From Eledone cirrhosa (Eukaryota), in assembly GCA_964016885.1 (NCBI GenBank), contig OZ024749.1, positions 55,490,001 to 55,554,000 of the forward strand: DNA of 64,000 nt, read 5' to 3'. This document shows, piece after piece, positions 1 through 13,572 of the stretch; position 1 is the first letter of the stretch; each line of letters starts with the position of its first letter. Position numbers and translations under genes: made by a program. The notes beneath the pieces were generated by a model, which was not told the origin of the DNA, did no database searches, and saw nothing but the letters and a program-made list of their open reading frames with translations.

Positions 1-823
1 GAGTAGAGACTCGCAACAAATACCACAAAGTTTCTATTCGACATTCTAACAATTCACTACCTTATCAAATCACACAGAACAACTTTTTAAAAAATTAACA
101 AAAGTAATTTAATATTTTGTAATGTAGTCCTAGAAAGATGACATCTAAATAAAAGATGTGATGGTCATGGCTGGAATCTCACTGGTTATAAGGTCTGCTA
201 GATCAGGGTTAATCTGGAGCTAAACAACAACCAAACATATCAACTAACAACAACAATAAAGTCAGTTAAAATGATTTTTTTTCTCTCTCCCTTCTCAAGG
301 TTCTCACCAACAGCTGAAATTTAGGGTAATTTTTCTTTCTTTTTTTTTTCCCCTAAGCCCAGATTTTAGGTTTATCTAATAGGTTGAAAATAACAAGGCA
401 CCATACTTAAGGGTACAAAGTAGGAAACATAATAGTCAGAAAAGTAAATAGATAGATTTTTGGAGTGATGGAGGGGTGAGAAGGTGTGGAGGAGAAAGGA
501 AGGGAGGGATCTGTCCCTAGGAATGGAATGTGGATATGTTCTAGGTAGGAGAGGCTAGGAAGATTTACATTTTCATCCCTCCTTTCTCTCTCTCTCCAGA
601 GACATCTTCCCACTCCCTTTCTCTCTTTCTTTCAACAGAAAGACACACACACACATACATACATCTACATACATCATAAATATACACACACACATACATA
701 CATCTACATACATCATAAATATACACACATACATAGAGACTCACACACAGCCAATTTCATGAACTAGACAGGCATATTGTCCCTGCCCAGGCTTACACTC
801 AAGTGCAACTGGCTTTATGGCTG

Positions 824-862
<39 letters not shown>

Positions 863-3800
863 ATGTGAGTGCGCGCGCACACACTCATACACACTGTGAC
901 GCTAATAATAATATATATATCATCATCATCAAACCCACTCTAGCATGGGTTATATATATATTATATATATTATATATATATTATACATGTATATTATATA
1001 CATATACATATACGTATATATTATATACATACTAGAGTGTGTATATATATATATATATATACACCCATGCTAGAGTGGATGATACACGATGATGATGATG
1101 ATGTGTGTGATGGCAATGATGAATGACAGGAATTGAACTCCCAGTTCACACAGTAATTGGATCCTGCAAGGAAAGGTACTAAAATCACTAAACTGAACAA
1201 CAACAACACCAACAGTGCCAGTGGTGGCAACCACCACCACCACCACCACCACCACTACACAACCACCACCACCACCACTAACCAACCACCACCACCACTA
1301 ACCAACCACCACCACCACCATCCAACAACTACTACTACCACTACAACCACCAACAACAGCAATAACAATAATCACAATAATTCATCACATAGGAACCCTG
1401 CCAACACTGCCCACCCCTTCGTTAATAGTAATTCTTAGAGAGAATAATGAGTTTGGACATTGGATCCTTAAGGACTTAGTGCTGTTGTTGTTGGTGATGG
1501 TGAGACAGAACAGTGGTGGTGGTGGTGGTGGGTAGAAGGAGTGGTGTTGGTGGTGGTGGTGGTGGGTAGAAGGATAGTCAGGAAGTAAAAGAAGAAAGCC
1601 ATTTGGGAGAAAATGGCAGAGAGAGAGGGAGAGAGGGGGGGGGATAGGAGGGACAAGACACAACATCCCTGTTAGAAGTTATTGTTGTTCTCTTATTACA
1701 ACTCACACCTGCACAGGTTAAGCCGGGCCATCTATAAAAGGGTTTCTTGGGTATTTTAATGATAGGGTTTACTCCTAACATGTCACCAGTTTTCTAGTGA
1801 CAGGAAGTGGGATTTTCAAATCCGAATATTCAGAGCCAGAGAAAATACTGCAAGGCACCCAATCCAACAGTCTAATAATTTGGCTAATCCAGTGTGGCCT
1901 AATGGTTAGGATACTTGACCTAGGATTGTAATGTTGTTGGTTAGATTCCTGGGTTGTAGAGATATGAGGAGGTGGGACAGCATGGGTTGGGACGATGAGA
2001 TGAGAGAGTATCGAGGTGAGATGAGACAGGAGGAAATGGGACAGGATGGAACGGGATGGAACGGGATGGGTCAGATGGCATAGTATGGGATGAATTGGGA
2101 CAGGATGGGATGGGAGGAGATGGGACGGGATAGGATGATGTAGGACAGGATGGGATGATGTAGGACGGGACGAGACAGTATGGAATGAGCTGAGACAGGA
2201 GGATATGGGAGAGGATATGGGACAAGATATGGGTCAGAATGAGATGGGACAGGATGGGATGCGCTGAGACTGTATGAGATGGGACAGTATGAGATGGTGC
2301 ATGATGAGACGAGACAAGTTACTACAACACGGTGAAGTGGTGATGGTACCCATTAACTAATGGTCTACAGAAGTAAGTAAAACTAAGCAATTACATAGAT
2401 TATTGTTAAAACATTATGTAATATTAGGTGTGGCCTGCGGCTAATTATATAACATTAGTATTTAATTAACGAGATGTCAAATAATCTGTGTGTAATTATA
2501 ACTCATAGTTAATACATGCATAATTACACATAGCAAACAGGAAGGTAGAACGGCAACCAAGGAGAGGGCTAGGTCTAAATTTAAACAACTTGATCTATTT
2601 AACTGTGGTCACTGTGACAAACTCTAAAATTAAATTACTGACAAAGTAAATTAAAATAAGTACCAGCTGTGTACTGGAGTTAACTGAAACACCTCACCAC
2701 CATCATCTCCATCATCAATATTTAACATCCATTTTTCCATGCTAGCATGGGTTAGATGAATTGTACTGTTAGACAAGCGAGATCATATGACTGTGTCATG
2801 GTCATACAGAACTATCATTATCATCATCATTGTCGTTTTAATGTCCACATTCCCTGCTAGCAAGGGTTGGATGGGTGTACAAAGACCAAGACAGTACTTA
2901 CTGAAATGGTGCCACTGATCTCCCAGTCAGGCCAGAGATCTGTCTCGCTTTATGTAGTCAATGCTCCACCGAGTACACAGGAGAGGTTGTCATGTCTTTG
3001 ACACGTATATATCATACTCATCATTATCATTTGATATCCAACTTCCATGGCTTAGATGAGTTGTTATATTAGGAGGCTAGCCAGGTCAAGGTGACATGTT
3101 TTCCATAGAGATATATTTGGGGCTAGGTTTTCTAGGGATGGATACCCTTCTTAATGCCAACCACATTACAGCAAGCACAGAGCTTTTCTTATGTCCAGCA
3201 CCTCCATTGTAAGGTGTTATATAAATACATATACACCACAGACACATGGAGTTGAAGAAATAAAAGCTTTTTCCTTTAGCATATATACATATATACACAT
3301 ACATACATATATATGTATACATACACACATATCTATAAATAAAACAAGTGTAAAAAGTTCCATAACGGCAGGAGTGGGGAGTGATAAACAGCTGAAAAAT
3401 TAACATATATACACACGCACACATATATATATATATATATAAACATGCTAGGCCAACATAAAATTTGAAAATCTCATTTATCCAGTTTTTAATCATCGTC
3501 AGTACTAATATATTTATTATCATCATTAAAAGAAACATTATTATTATTGTCATCATCATAATCATTAAAAGAAACCATTATCATCATCATCATCATCATC
3601 AGGTATTAATATTTTTATTATCACCATCAAAAGAAATCATTAACTATATTATTGTTATTGTCGGTGGTGGTATGTCTGTTATGGTGGTGTTGCTGTTGGT
3701 GTATGTTTGTTTGTGGTGTTGGTGTTGGTGTGTTTGTTATGGTGGTGGTGGTATGTTTGTTGTGGTGGTGCTATTGGTGGTCTTGGTGGTGGTGGTATGG

Positions 3801-4117
3801 TGGTATGGTTGTTATGGTGGTGGTGTTGTTGGTGTTGGTGGTAGTGTTTGTTATGGTGGTGTTGTTGTTGTCTTGATTTTGTTTTGTCAAAAAGAATTCT
3901 CAGCATTTTTTTCCTTTCTTTAAGAACCCAAAATATATTTTTTTAAATACTAAATAATAATAATAATAATAAAAATAGAGAAAGATAGAGAAAAAGCAAG
4001 AGAAATAAAAAATAAATAAACAGGAAGTTTAACAGAATATTGAAATAAAAATAATAATAATGTTGAAGATAACAGACATTAAAAAACAACAACAACCAGA
4101 CATCATTTGAGTGAAAG

Positions 4118-4175
<58 letters not shown>

Positions 4176-4769
4176 GTGATGATGATGATAGAAAATAGAT
4201 TCCCCCCCACCCCATTAGCTTGATGGTACTGATATTATGGGACTCAGTAGGGGAGATGGGTGTGTGTGTGTGTAATATAAATGGAAAAAAAGTGAGAAGG
4301 AATAGGGTGGCTGGGAAGGTGAGGTGGTGGTGGTGGTATGTGGGTTATAGTAGTAGTAGGAGGGGGGAAAACATTTGTCTTTGAAAGGATTAGATAATAG
4401 CATTAATAACGACAACAGCAATAATAATACAAATAATGATAACAATAAAGAGACCTCCCCCCCTTCTATGTTGGCAGTTTGGGATTATTTCTAAATGTGG
4501 AGAAGAAAACAGAAACTAGACCAAAACAATTAGAAAATAGAAAACATATATGTGTGTGTATATATTACACATATTTATATACATATATCTATATACACAT
4601 ATACATATATATACATATATCTATATACACATATATACATATATCTATATACACATATATATACATATATATATCATCATCATCGTTTAACGTCTATCTT
4701 CCACGCTAGCATGGGTTAGACGGAAATTGTCCTGAGACAAGATTGGTCGGGTGACCGTGTCTCGCTCGT

Positions 4770-4809
4770 ATATATACATATATATACACATATATATACA
4801 CATACATAT

Positions 4810-4842
<33 letters not shown>

Positions 4843-5013
4843 CACATATATATATATACACATATATATATACATACATACATACATATATATATACATA
4901 CATATATATACACATATATATATATACACATATATATATACATACATACATACATATATATATACATACATATATATATACATATATATATATATACATA
5001 CATATATATATAC

Positions 5014-5064
<51 letters not shown>

Positions 5065-5276
5065 CATATATACATATATATATATACATACATATATATA
5101 TACATACATATATACATACATACATATATACATACATGGATATATACATACATACATATATACATACATACATATATACATACATACATATATATATACA
5201 TACATACATATATACATACATACATATATACATACATACATATATATATACATACATATATACATACATACATATA

Positions 5277-5310
<34 letters not shown>

Positions 5311-5320
5311 CATACATACA

Positions 5321-5354
<34 letters not shown>

Positions 5355-6092
5355 CATACATACATATATACATACATAGATATATACATACATAGATATA
5401 TACCTACATAGATATATACATACATAGATATATACATACATACATATATACATACATACATATATACATACATACATATATACATACATACATATATACA
5501 TACATACATATATACATACATACATATATATATACATACATATATATATACATACATATATATATACATATATATATACATACATATATATATACATATA
5601 TATATACATATATATATACATATACATATACATACATATATATATATACATATATATATACATATATATATACATACATATATATATACATACATATATA
5701 TATACATACATATATACATACATACATATATACATACATATATACATACATATATACATACATATATATATACATATATATATACATACATATATACATA
5801 CATATATATATACATATATATATACATATATATATACATATATATATACATATATATATACATATATATATACATATATATATACATATATATATACATA
5901 TATATATACATATATATACATATATATATACATATATATACATATATATACATATATATATACATATATATATACATATATATATATATACATATATATA
6001 TACATACATATATATATACATATATATATATATACATATATATATACATATATATATACATATATATATATATACATATATATATACATATA
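4770..6092. repeat. Compound (TA)n/(TACA)n microsatellite
   Basis: Direct reading. Confidence 0.95.
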
Positions 6093-6700
6093 TGGTGGCT
6101 GCCAACTCGTTTTCGAGTACGGCCACTACTTTATATCCATGTAGGAGAACCCCTACCGATGCGCTGAACGAGTGACTTTTTAGTCCAGCCAGCGACTTGA
6201 AAACTCTGGTACAAACACTACACTTGTGACAATTATTGACACATAGTGCTTTGCCTTTGGTACCATGTGACGACAAGTGCAGAGAGATCTCCAGATACAA
6301 AGCAATGCCTGTGCCGTGAAGCTTTTATAGTGAGCAAAGGCACTGCACAAAGCCAGTCCCACTCTCTTAACCAAGATGATATTTACCAAAAAGAAGAACA
6401 AGTCAACATCATTGGATACCATCAGGGTTGCAGGTGTTATATCAGAGTTTTCCTTCTCCTAGAATTCTGCCTTGACAAAGGCTAAGGGGTCATCTCTCCC
6501 ACTGATTTTGGATGGCCATTGACTCTTAAGAGCTCCTTTGCCCTTTGACAGGTTTTGTTTTTAGTCCTGCAGGATGTCCAAAGTCACCCTCCTCACCAAG
6601 AAACCTTGGTGGGGTTGCCAGTTTAGTCGCCAACGACCCGACCATGAGACAGGTTGTACTGGGATACATGTTACCAGTAGCACCAAGTGGTGACCTGACA
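6093..6700 (-). mobile_element. Degraded RTE/BovB-like LINE fragment between two microsatellite blocks
   Basis: Translation [19 protein letters not shown] resembles the C-terminal zinc-finger-like motif of RTE ORFs; GC-richer island. Confidence 0.55.
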
Positions 6701-6701
6701 T

Positions 6702-7102
6702 AATGTATATATGTATGTATATATGTATGTATGTATTATGTATGTATATATATATGTATGTATATATGTATATATATATGTATATATATATGTATGTATA
6801 TATGTATGTATATACATATATACATACATATATACATACATATATACATACATATATATATACATACATAATACATACATACATATATACATACATATAT
6901 ACATACATATATATATACATACATATATACATACATATATATATACATATATATATACATACATATATATACACATATATATACACATACATATATATAT
7001 ACATATATATACACATACATATATATATACATATATATATACATACATATATATACACATACATATATATATACATATATATATACATACATATATATAT
7101 AC

Positions 7103-7133
<31 letters not shown>

Positions 7134-7938
7134 CATATATATATATACATATATATATATACATATATATATATACATATATATATATACATATATATAT
7201 ATACATATATATATATACATATATATATATACATATATATATATACATATATATATATACATATATATATATACATATATATATATACATATATATATAT
7301 ACATATATATATATACATATATATATATACATATATATATATACATATATATATATACATATATATATATATACATATATATATATACATATATATATAT
7401 ACATATATATATATACATATATATATATATACATATATATATATACATATATATATATACATATATATATATACATATATATACATACATATATACATAC
7501 ATATATATATACATATATATATACATATATATATACATATATATATACATATATATATACATATATATATACATATATATATACATACATATATATATAC
7601 ATATATATATACATATATACATACATATATATATACATATATATATACATATATATATACATATATATATATATACATATATATATACATATATATATAC
7701 ATATATATATATATACATATATATATACATATATATATACATACATATATATACATATATATATATATACATATATATATATACATATATATATATACAT
7801 ATATATATATACATATATATATATACATATATATATATATACATATATATATACATATATATATACATATATATATATATACATATATATATACATACAT
7901 ATATATATACATATATATATACATACATATATATATAC

Positions 7939-7973
<35 letters not shown>

Positions 7974-8325
7974 CATATATATATACATATATATATACAT
8001 ATATATATACATATATATATACATATATACATATATACATATATACATATATACATACACATGAAATATTATAACTAAAAAACAGAATATATACTATATA
8101 ATATATAATAAATAATATTAATATATAATATATAATAAATAATAAATAATATATAATATATAATATATAATAAATAATATATAATATATAATATATAATA
8201 TATAATAAATAATAAATAATATATAATATATAATATATAATAAATAATATATAATATATAATAAATAATATTAATATATAATAAATAATATTAATATATA
8301 ATAAATAATATATAATACATAATAA
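6702..8325. repeat. Compound (TA)n/(TACA)n microsatellite followed by an AT-only tract
   Basis: Direct reading. Confidence 0.95.
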
Positions 8326-9319
8326 ATTTTTCTTTCCGGAAGAAAATAAAACAAAAAAAAATGGAAAAAAAAAAAAAAGAGAAAAAAATAAACAAAAGAA
8401 AGAGGAAGGGATTTCAATAGGGTATGGCGGGGGTGGAACGTCTTTGTAGAATTGATTCATGAAAAGATGTGAAGAATTAATATGATGAATAGGAATGGTG
8501 GGGAGGTGGAGAGACAGGAGGTTTGTAAAGAGGGGGGGTAGATGTGGTGGTGAGGTGGAGAGGAGGGAGGGCTGTAAAGGGGGTGGGGTGGGTGGTGTGT
8601 TCAGAGAAGCAGACAGTGTATATTGGGCCAAAGTTCTAACATCCAGGTCTTTTAGAGTTCCTTAAATGCTATCATCTCAGCTAAGCATGAAGCAAGTTGG
8701 TTAAATCCAGCTCTTTAACTAAAGATGGTGGAAGGGAGAGAGGTGAGGTACTATGGAAGGTGGGTTGTGGGGGACGGCTGTGTGAAATGTCTGTTTGTGT
8801 ATAGGTGTGTGTTTCTGTGTGCGTCAGTGCATATAGGTGTGTGTGTGTGTGTGTGTCTTATGTATGGGTGTGCGTGTGTGTCTATTTATGGGCGTGTGTG
8901 TGTGTGTCTATGTATGGGTGTGTGTGTGTCTATGTATGGGTGTGTGTGTGTCTATGTATGGGTGTGTGTGTGTCTATGTATGGGTGTGTGTGTGTGTGTG
9001 TGTCTATGTATGGGTGTGTGTGTGTGTCTATGTATGGGTGTGTGTGTGCGTCTATGTATGGGTGTGTGTGTGTCTATGTATGGGTGCGTATGTGTGTGTC
9101 TATGTATGGGTGCGTGTGTGTGTCTATGTATGGGTGTGTCTATGTATGGGTGTGTGGCTGTTTGTCTGTCTGTGAGAGTGTGTGTCTGTGTTTGGGTGTG
9201 TGCGTCTGTTTGGGAAGGAGACATGAGCGTGTGATGGTGGTGGTGGGTGGGGGAGGTCATAGAAATGTAGAAATTAATTAGAATATTGGAGTTATTCTAT
9301 GATAGCTAGACTCCTGTAG

Positions 9320-9592
9320 ATGGTGTGGAACTGGTGGGTGAGGTGTGTGGAGGTGGTGGGTGAGGTGGGTGAGGTGTGTGGAGGTGGTGGGTGAGGTGTG
9401 TGGAGGTGGTGGGTGAGGTGGGTGGAACTGGTGGGTGAGGTGTGTGGAGGTGGTGGGTGAGGTGTGTGGAGGTGGTGGGTGAGGTGTGTGGAGGTGGTGG
9501 GTGAGGTGTGTGGAGGTGGTGGGTGAGGTGGGTGGAACTGGTGGGTGAGGTGTGTGGAGGTGGTGGGTGAGGTGTGTGGAGGTGGTGGGTGA
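9320..9592. repeat. 21-bp G-rich minisatellite
   Basis: Unit GGTGGGTGAGGTGTGTGGAGG-like. Confidence 0.9.
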
Positions 9593-9673
9593 GATGACTG
9601 GGTATGTAGGGGGTATATAGATGGATGAAAAGGAAAGAATGATGAATGGATACAAATATGCATACATACATAT

Positions 9674-9725
<52 letters not shown>

Positions 9726-9820
9726 GTCTAACCCATGCTAGCGTGGAAGAACGGACGTAAAACGGTGATGATGATATATATAAAGATGTATATAAAGATA
9801 AATAGACCAATAGATAAGTA

Positions 9821-9877
<57 letters not shown>

Positions 9878-9929
9878 AGGAGTGGGAACGCGGTATGAGG
9901 TGTCAGAATGTTATAATTATGTTTATTCA

Positions 9930-10200
9930 TGGGTGACACGTGTTTCGTGATCAATCAGTTCAAGAGACGATCATTATTGATCAGGTCTGACACTGGATAT
10001 TTTAGCTCTGAAGCTATTTATGTGTGTGAGACCACAGATCTGCATGGTCAGCAAACCTCAGTTTCATTTAGGGATCAATCTAGATCAGTTGGAGATGGGT
10101 GCTTCCCATAGGACCCTCTGGAAGGAGTGGCTGAGGACTCTGTCCCAACAACCCTCTCGGGAATTAGTTGCCAATACAGAAGAAGACCCTTCTATTGTGT
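9930..10200 (+). mobile_element. Degraded RTE-like LINE fragment
   Basis: Translation HLGINLDQLEMGASHRTLWKEWL resembles the RTE I...WE..A.DR..WR motif. Confidence 0.5.
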
Positions 10201-10669
10201 CAGAAATATGATGGTCTCCCTAGTGCTAGTAACACTCTAGAATGCTCTTGGTAGAGAGCTGAGTTATATAAATATATATGATAATAATCAGTGTTGGCTG
10301 AGCCAATCAATCCTCCAATAATGTTGTAATCAGGCAGAAGCACTCTACGTCATGATTGTCATAAGGTATTATGTGTATAGTATCAGACAGCATATCTATA
10401 TATATATATATATGGGGGGGGGTAGGAAGGAGGAGGAAGACTACAGGAAGAAACACAATAATGGTGGTGGTGGTAGGAGAAGCCAAAGATGATGACCTGG
10501 ATATTTTGTTCCCTATATATGCCCCTCCTTCCTTCCATCCTACCTGTCTCTCTCACTGTCCACATTCCTCCTCAGCCTCCTCTTCCTCCTATTTAGACAG
10601 CAGCAAAGCTCTTTTGTAATGATGTGAAAGATAAAAGAGGGATTCTTGTTTTGGAGGCAGCTCTCTCCG

Positions 10670-10691
10670 TGCCTCTCTGTGTGCCTCTCTG

Positions 10692-10726
<35 letters not shown>

Positions 10727-12470
10727 GTGTCTGTCTGTGTCTGTGTCTGTCTGTCTGTCTGTCTCTGTGTCTGTCTCTGTGTCTGTCTCTGTGTCTGTCC
10801 CTGTCTCTGTGCCTGTCTCTGTGCCTGTCTCTGTGCCTGTCTCTGTGCCTGTCTCTGTGCCTGTCTCTGTGCCTGTCTCTGTGCCTGTCTCTGTGCCTGT
10901 CTCTGTGCCTGTCTCTGTGCCTGTCTCTGTGCCTGTCTCTGTGCCTGTCTCTGTGCCTGTCTCTGTGCCTGTCTCTGTGTCTGTCTCTGTGTCTGTCTCT
11001 GTGTCTGTCTCTGTCTCTGTCCCTGTCTCTGTCCCTGTCTCTGTGCCTGTCTCTGTGCCTGTCTCTGTGCCTGTCTCTGTGCCTGTCTCTGTGCCTGTCT
11101 CTGTGCCTGTCTCTGTGCCTGTCTCTGTGCCTGTCTCTGTGCCTGTCTCTGTGCCTGTCTCTGTGCCTGTCTCTGTGCCTGTCTCTGTGCCTGTCTCTGT
11201 GCCTGTCTCTGTGCCTGTCTCTGTGCCTGTCTCTGTGCCTGTCTCTGTGCCTGTCTCTGTGCCTGTCTCTGTGCCTGTCTCTGTGCCTGTCTCTGTCCCT
11301 GTCTCTGTCCCTGTCTCTGTCCCTGTCTCTGTCCCTGTCTCTGTCCCTGTCTCTGTCCCTGTCTCTGTCCCTGTCTCTGTCCCTGTCTCTGTGCCTGTCC
11401 CTGTCTCTGTCCCTGTCTCTGTCCCTGTCTCTGTCCCTGTCTCTGTCCCTGTCTCTGTCCCTGTCTCTGTCCCTGTCTCTGTCCCTGTCTCTGTCCCTGT
11501 CTCTGTCCCTGTCTCTGTCCCTGTCTCTGTCCCTGTCTCTGTCCCTGTCTCTGTCCCTGTCTCTGTCCCTGTCTCTGTCCCTGTCTCTGTCCCTGTCTCT
11601 GTCCCTGTCTCTGTCCCTGTCTCTGTGCCTGTCTCTGTGCCTGTCTCTGTGCCTGTCTCTGTGCCTGTCTCTGTGCCTGTCTCTGTGCCTGTCTCTGTGC
11701 CTGTCTCTGTCCCTGTCTCTGTGCCTGTCTCTGTGCCTGTCTCTGTGCCTGTCTCTGTGCCTGTCTCTGTGCCTGTCTCTGTGCCTGTCTCTGTGCCTGT
11801 CTCTGTGCCTGTCTCTGTGCCTGTCTCTGTGCCTGTCTCTGTGCCTGTCTCTGTGCCTGTCCCTGTGCCTGTCCCTGTGTCTGTCCCTGTCTCTGTCCCT
11901 GTCTCTGTCCCTGTCTCTGTCCCTGTCTCTGTGCCTGTCTCTGTCCCTGTCTCTGTGCCTGTCTCTGTCCCTGTCTCTGTGCCTGTCTCTGTGCCTGTCT
12001 CTGTCCCTGTCTCTGTGCCTGTCTCTGTGCCTGTCTCTGTGCCTGTCTCTGTGCCTGTCTCTGTGCCTGTCTCTGTGCCTGTCTCTGTGCCTGTCTCTGT
12101 GCCTGTCTCTGTGCCTGTCTCTGTGCCTGTCTCTGTGCCTGTCTCTGTGCCTGTCTCTGTGCCTGTCTCTGTGCCTGTCTCTGTGCCTGTCTCTGTGTCT
12201 GTCTCTGTGTCTGTCTCTGTGTCTGTCTCTGTGTCTGTCTGTGTGTCTGTCTGTGTGTCTGTGTCTGTCTGTGTCTGTCTGTGTCTGTCTGTGTCTGTCT
12301 GTGTGTGTCTGTGTGTGTCTGTGTGTGTCTGTGTGTGTCTGTGTCTGTCTGTGTGTGTCTGTGTGTGTCTGTGTGTGTGTGTCTGTCTGTGTGTGTCTGT
12401 CTGTCTGTCTGTGTCTGTCTGTGTCTGTCTGTGTCTGTCTGTGTCTGTCTGTCTGTGTCTGTCTGTCTGT
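10670..12470. repeat. 12-bp minisatellite CTGTCTCTGTGC/CTGTCTCTGTCC grading into (GTCT)n and (GT)n
   Basis: Direct reading; 4-aa periodic ORFs (QRQA/QRQG). Confidence 0.95.
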
Positions 12471-12639
12471 GCCTTTGTAAATGTGTGTGTGGGTCTGTTG
12501 GTGTATCTATATCTGTGTGTACCTCCGTGTGTGTGTGTACACCTTTATGTGAGAGTCTATACAAATGTGTATACACCGACCATATGTGTATAGGTGTGAA
12601 CATCTGTGTATGAGTGTGTGTGTGTTAAGTTGGTTAATG

Positions 12640-12946
12640 CAGTGGCAATGGTGGTGGTGGTGGTGGCAATGGTGGTGGTGGTGGTGGCAATGGTGGTGGT
12701 GGTGGTGGCAATGGTGGTGGTGGTGGCAATGGTGGTGGTGGTGGTAATGGTGGTGGTAATGGTGGTGGTGGTGGCAATGGTGGTGGTGGTGGCAATGGTG
12801 GTGGTGGTGGCAATGGTGGTGGTGGTGGCAATGGTAGTGGTGGTGGTGGTGGCAATGGTGGTGGTGGTGGTGGTGGCAATGGTGGTGGTGGCAATGGTGG
12901 TGGTGGTGGCAATGGTGGTGGTGGTGGCAATGGTGGTGGTGGTGGC
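12640..12946. repeat. (GGT)n interrupted by GCAAT
   Basis: Direct reading. Confidence 0.9.
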
Positions 12947-13075
12947 AGAAGGGGAATACTTAGCAAACTTTACACTGCCACACAAACACTCAAACACACA
13001 CACACACATATATATACATACATCATGCATATATATATATAAATGGGACAGCAATGAAGACGGACATTAATGATG

Positions 13076-13140
<65 letters not shown>

Positions 13141-13518
13141 CACACAAACACAATTTCAGTGTAAGAGGGGGAGTAGGGGGTATATTGTGAAATTCAAAAG
13201 TGTTCCGTAAGTAATGCAGCATTTGAAGATACAATACACTGGAAAACATGACAAATCTTTGGGACACATGGTTATACTTTCTTAGGAAATGTGTGGCTTG
13301 TGTGAAAACAAAAATGGGGGGAGAAGGAAGAGGAGATTGTATGAGGAGGTAGCAAGCTAGAGGGAGTAGTGGGCAGAGGTGATATATGGAGAGAAGGAAC
13401 CATTCCAGGCTGGGAAGCATGAAGAATGCTTCTTTCTTGGAGTTTAGGGAGTGGAGTGTGTGTCTGTGAGTGTGAGAGTGTGTGTGTGTTTGTTTGAGAG
13501 TGTGTGTGTGTTTGTTTG

Positions 13519-13572
<54 letters not shown>

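Noticed and set aside
1732-1741. TATA-like CTATAAAAG with a nearby E-box
   Set aside because: No associated gene or exon; expected by chance.
4687-8631. Long YI/MY-rich ORFs (also at 24249-25388)
   Set aside because: Stop-free translations of (TA)/(TACA) microsatellites in several frames on both strands.
10540-12613. 600-690-aa QRQA/CLCA/VPVS ORFs, and YGCY (TGCC) every 12 nt
   Set aside because: The ORFs are 12-bp minisatellite artefacts, and the YGCY motifs are on the strand antisense to mbl.
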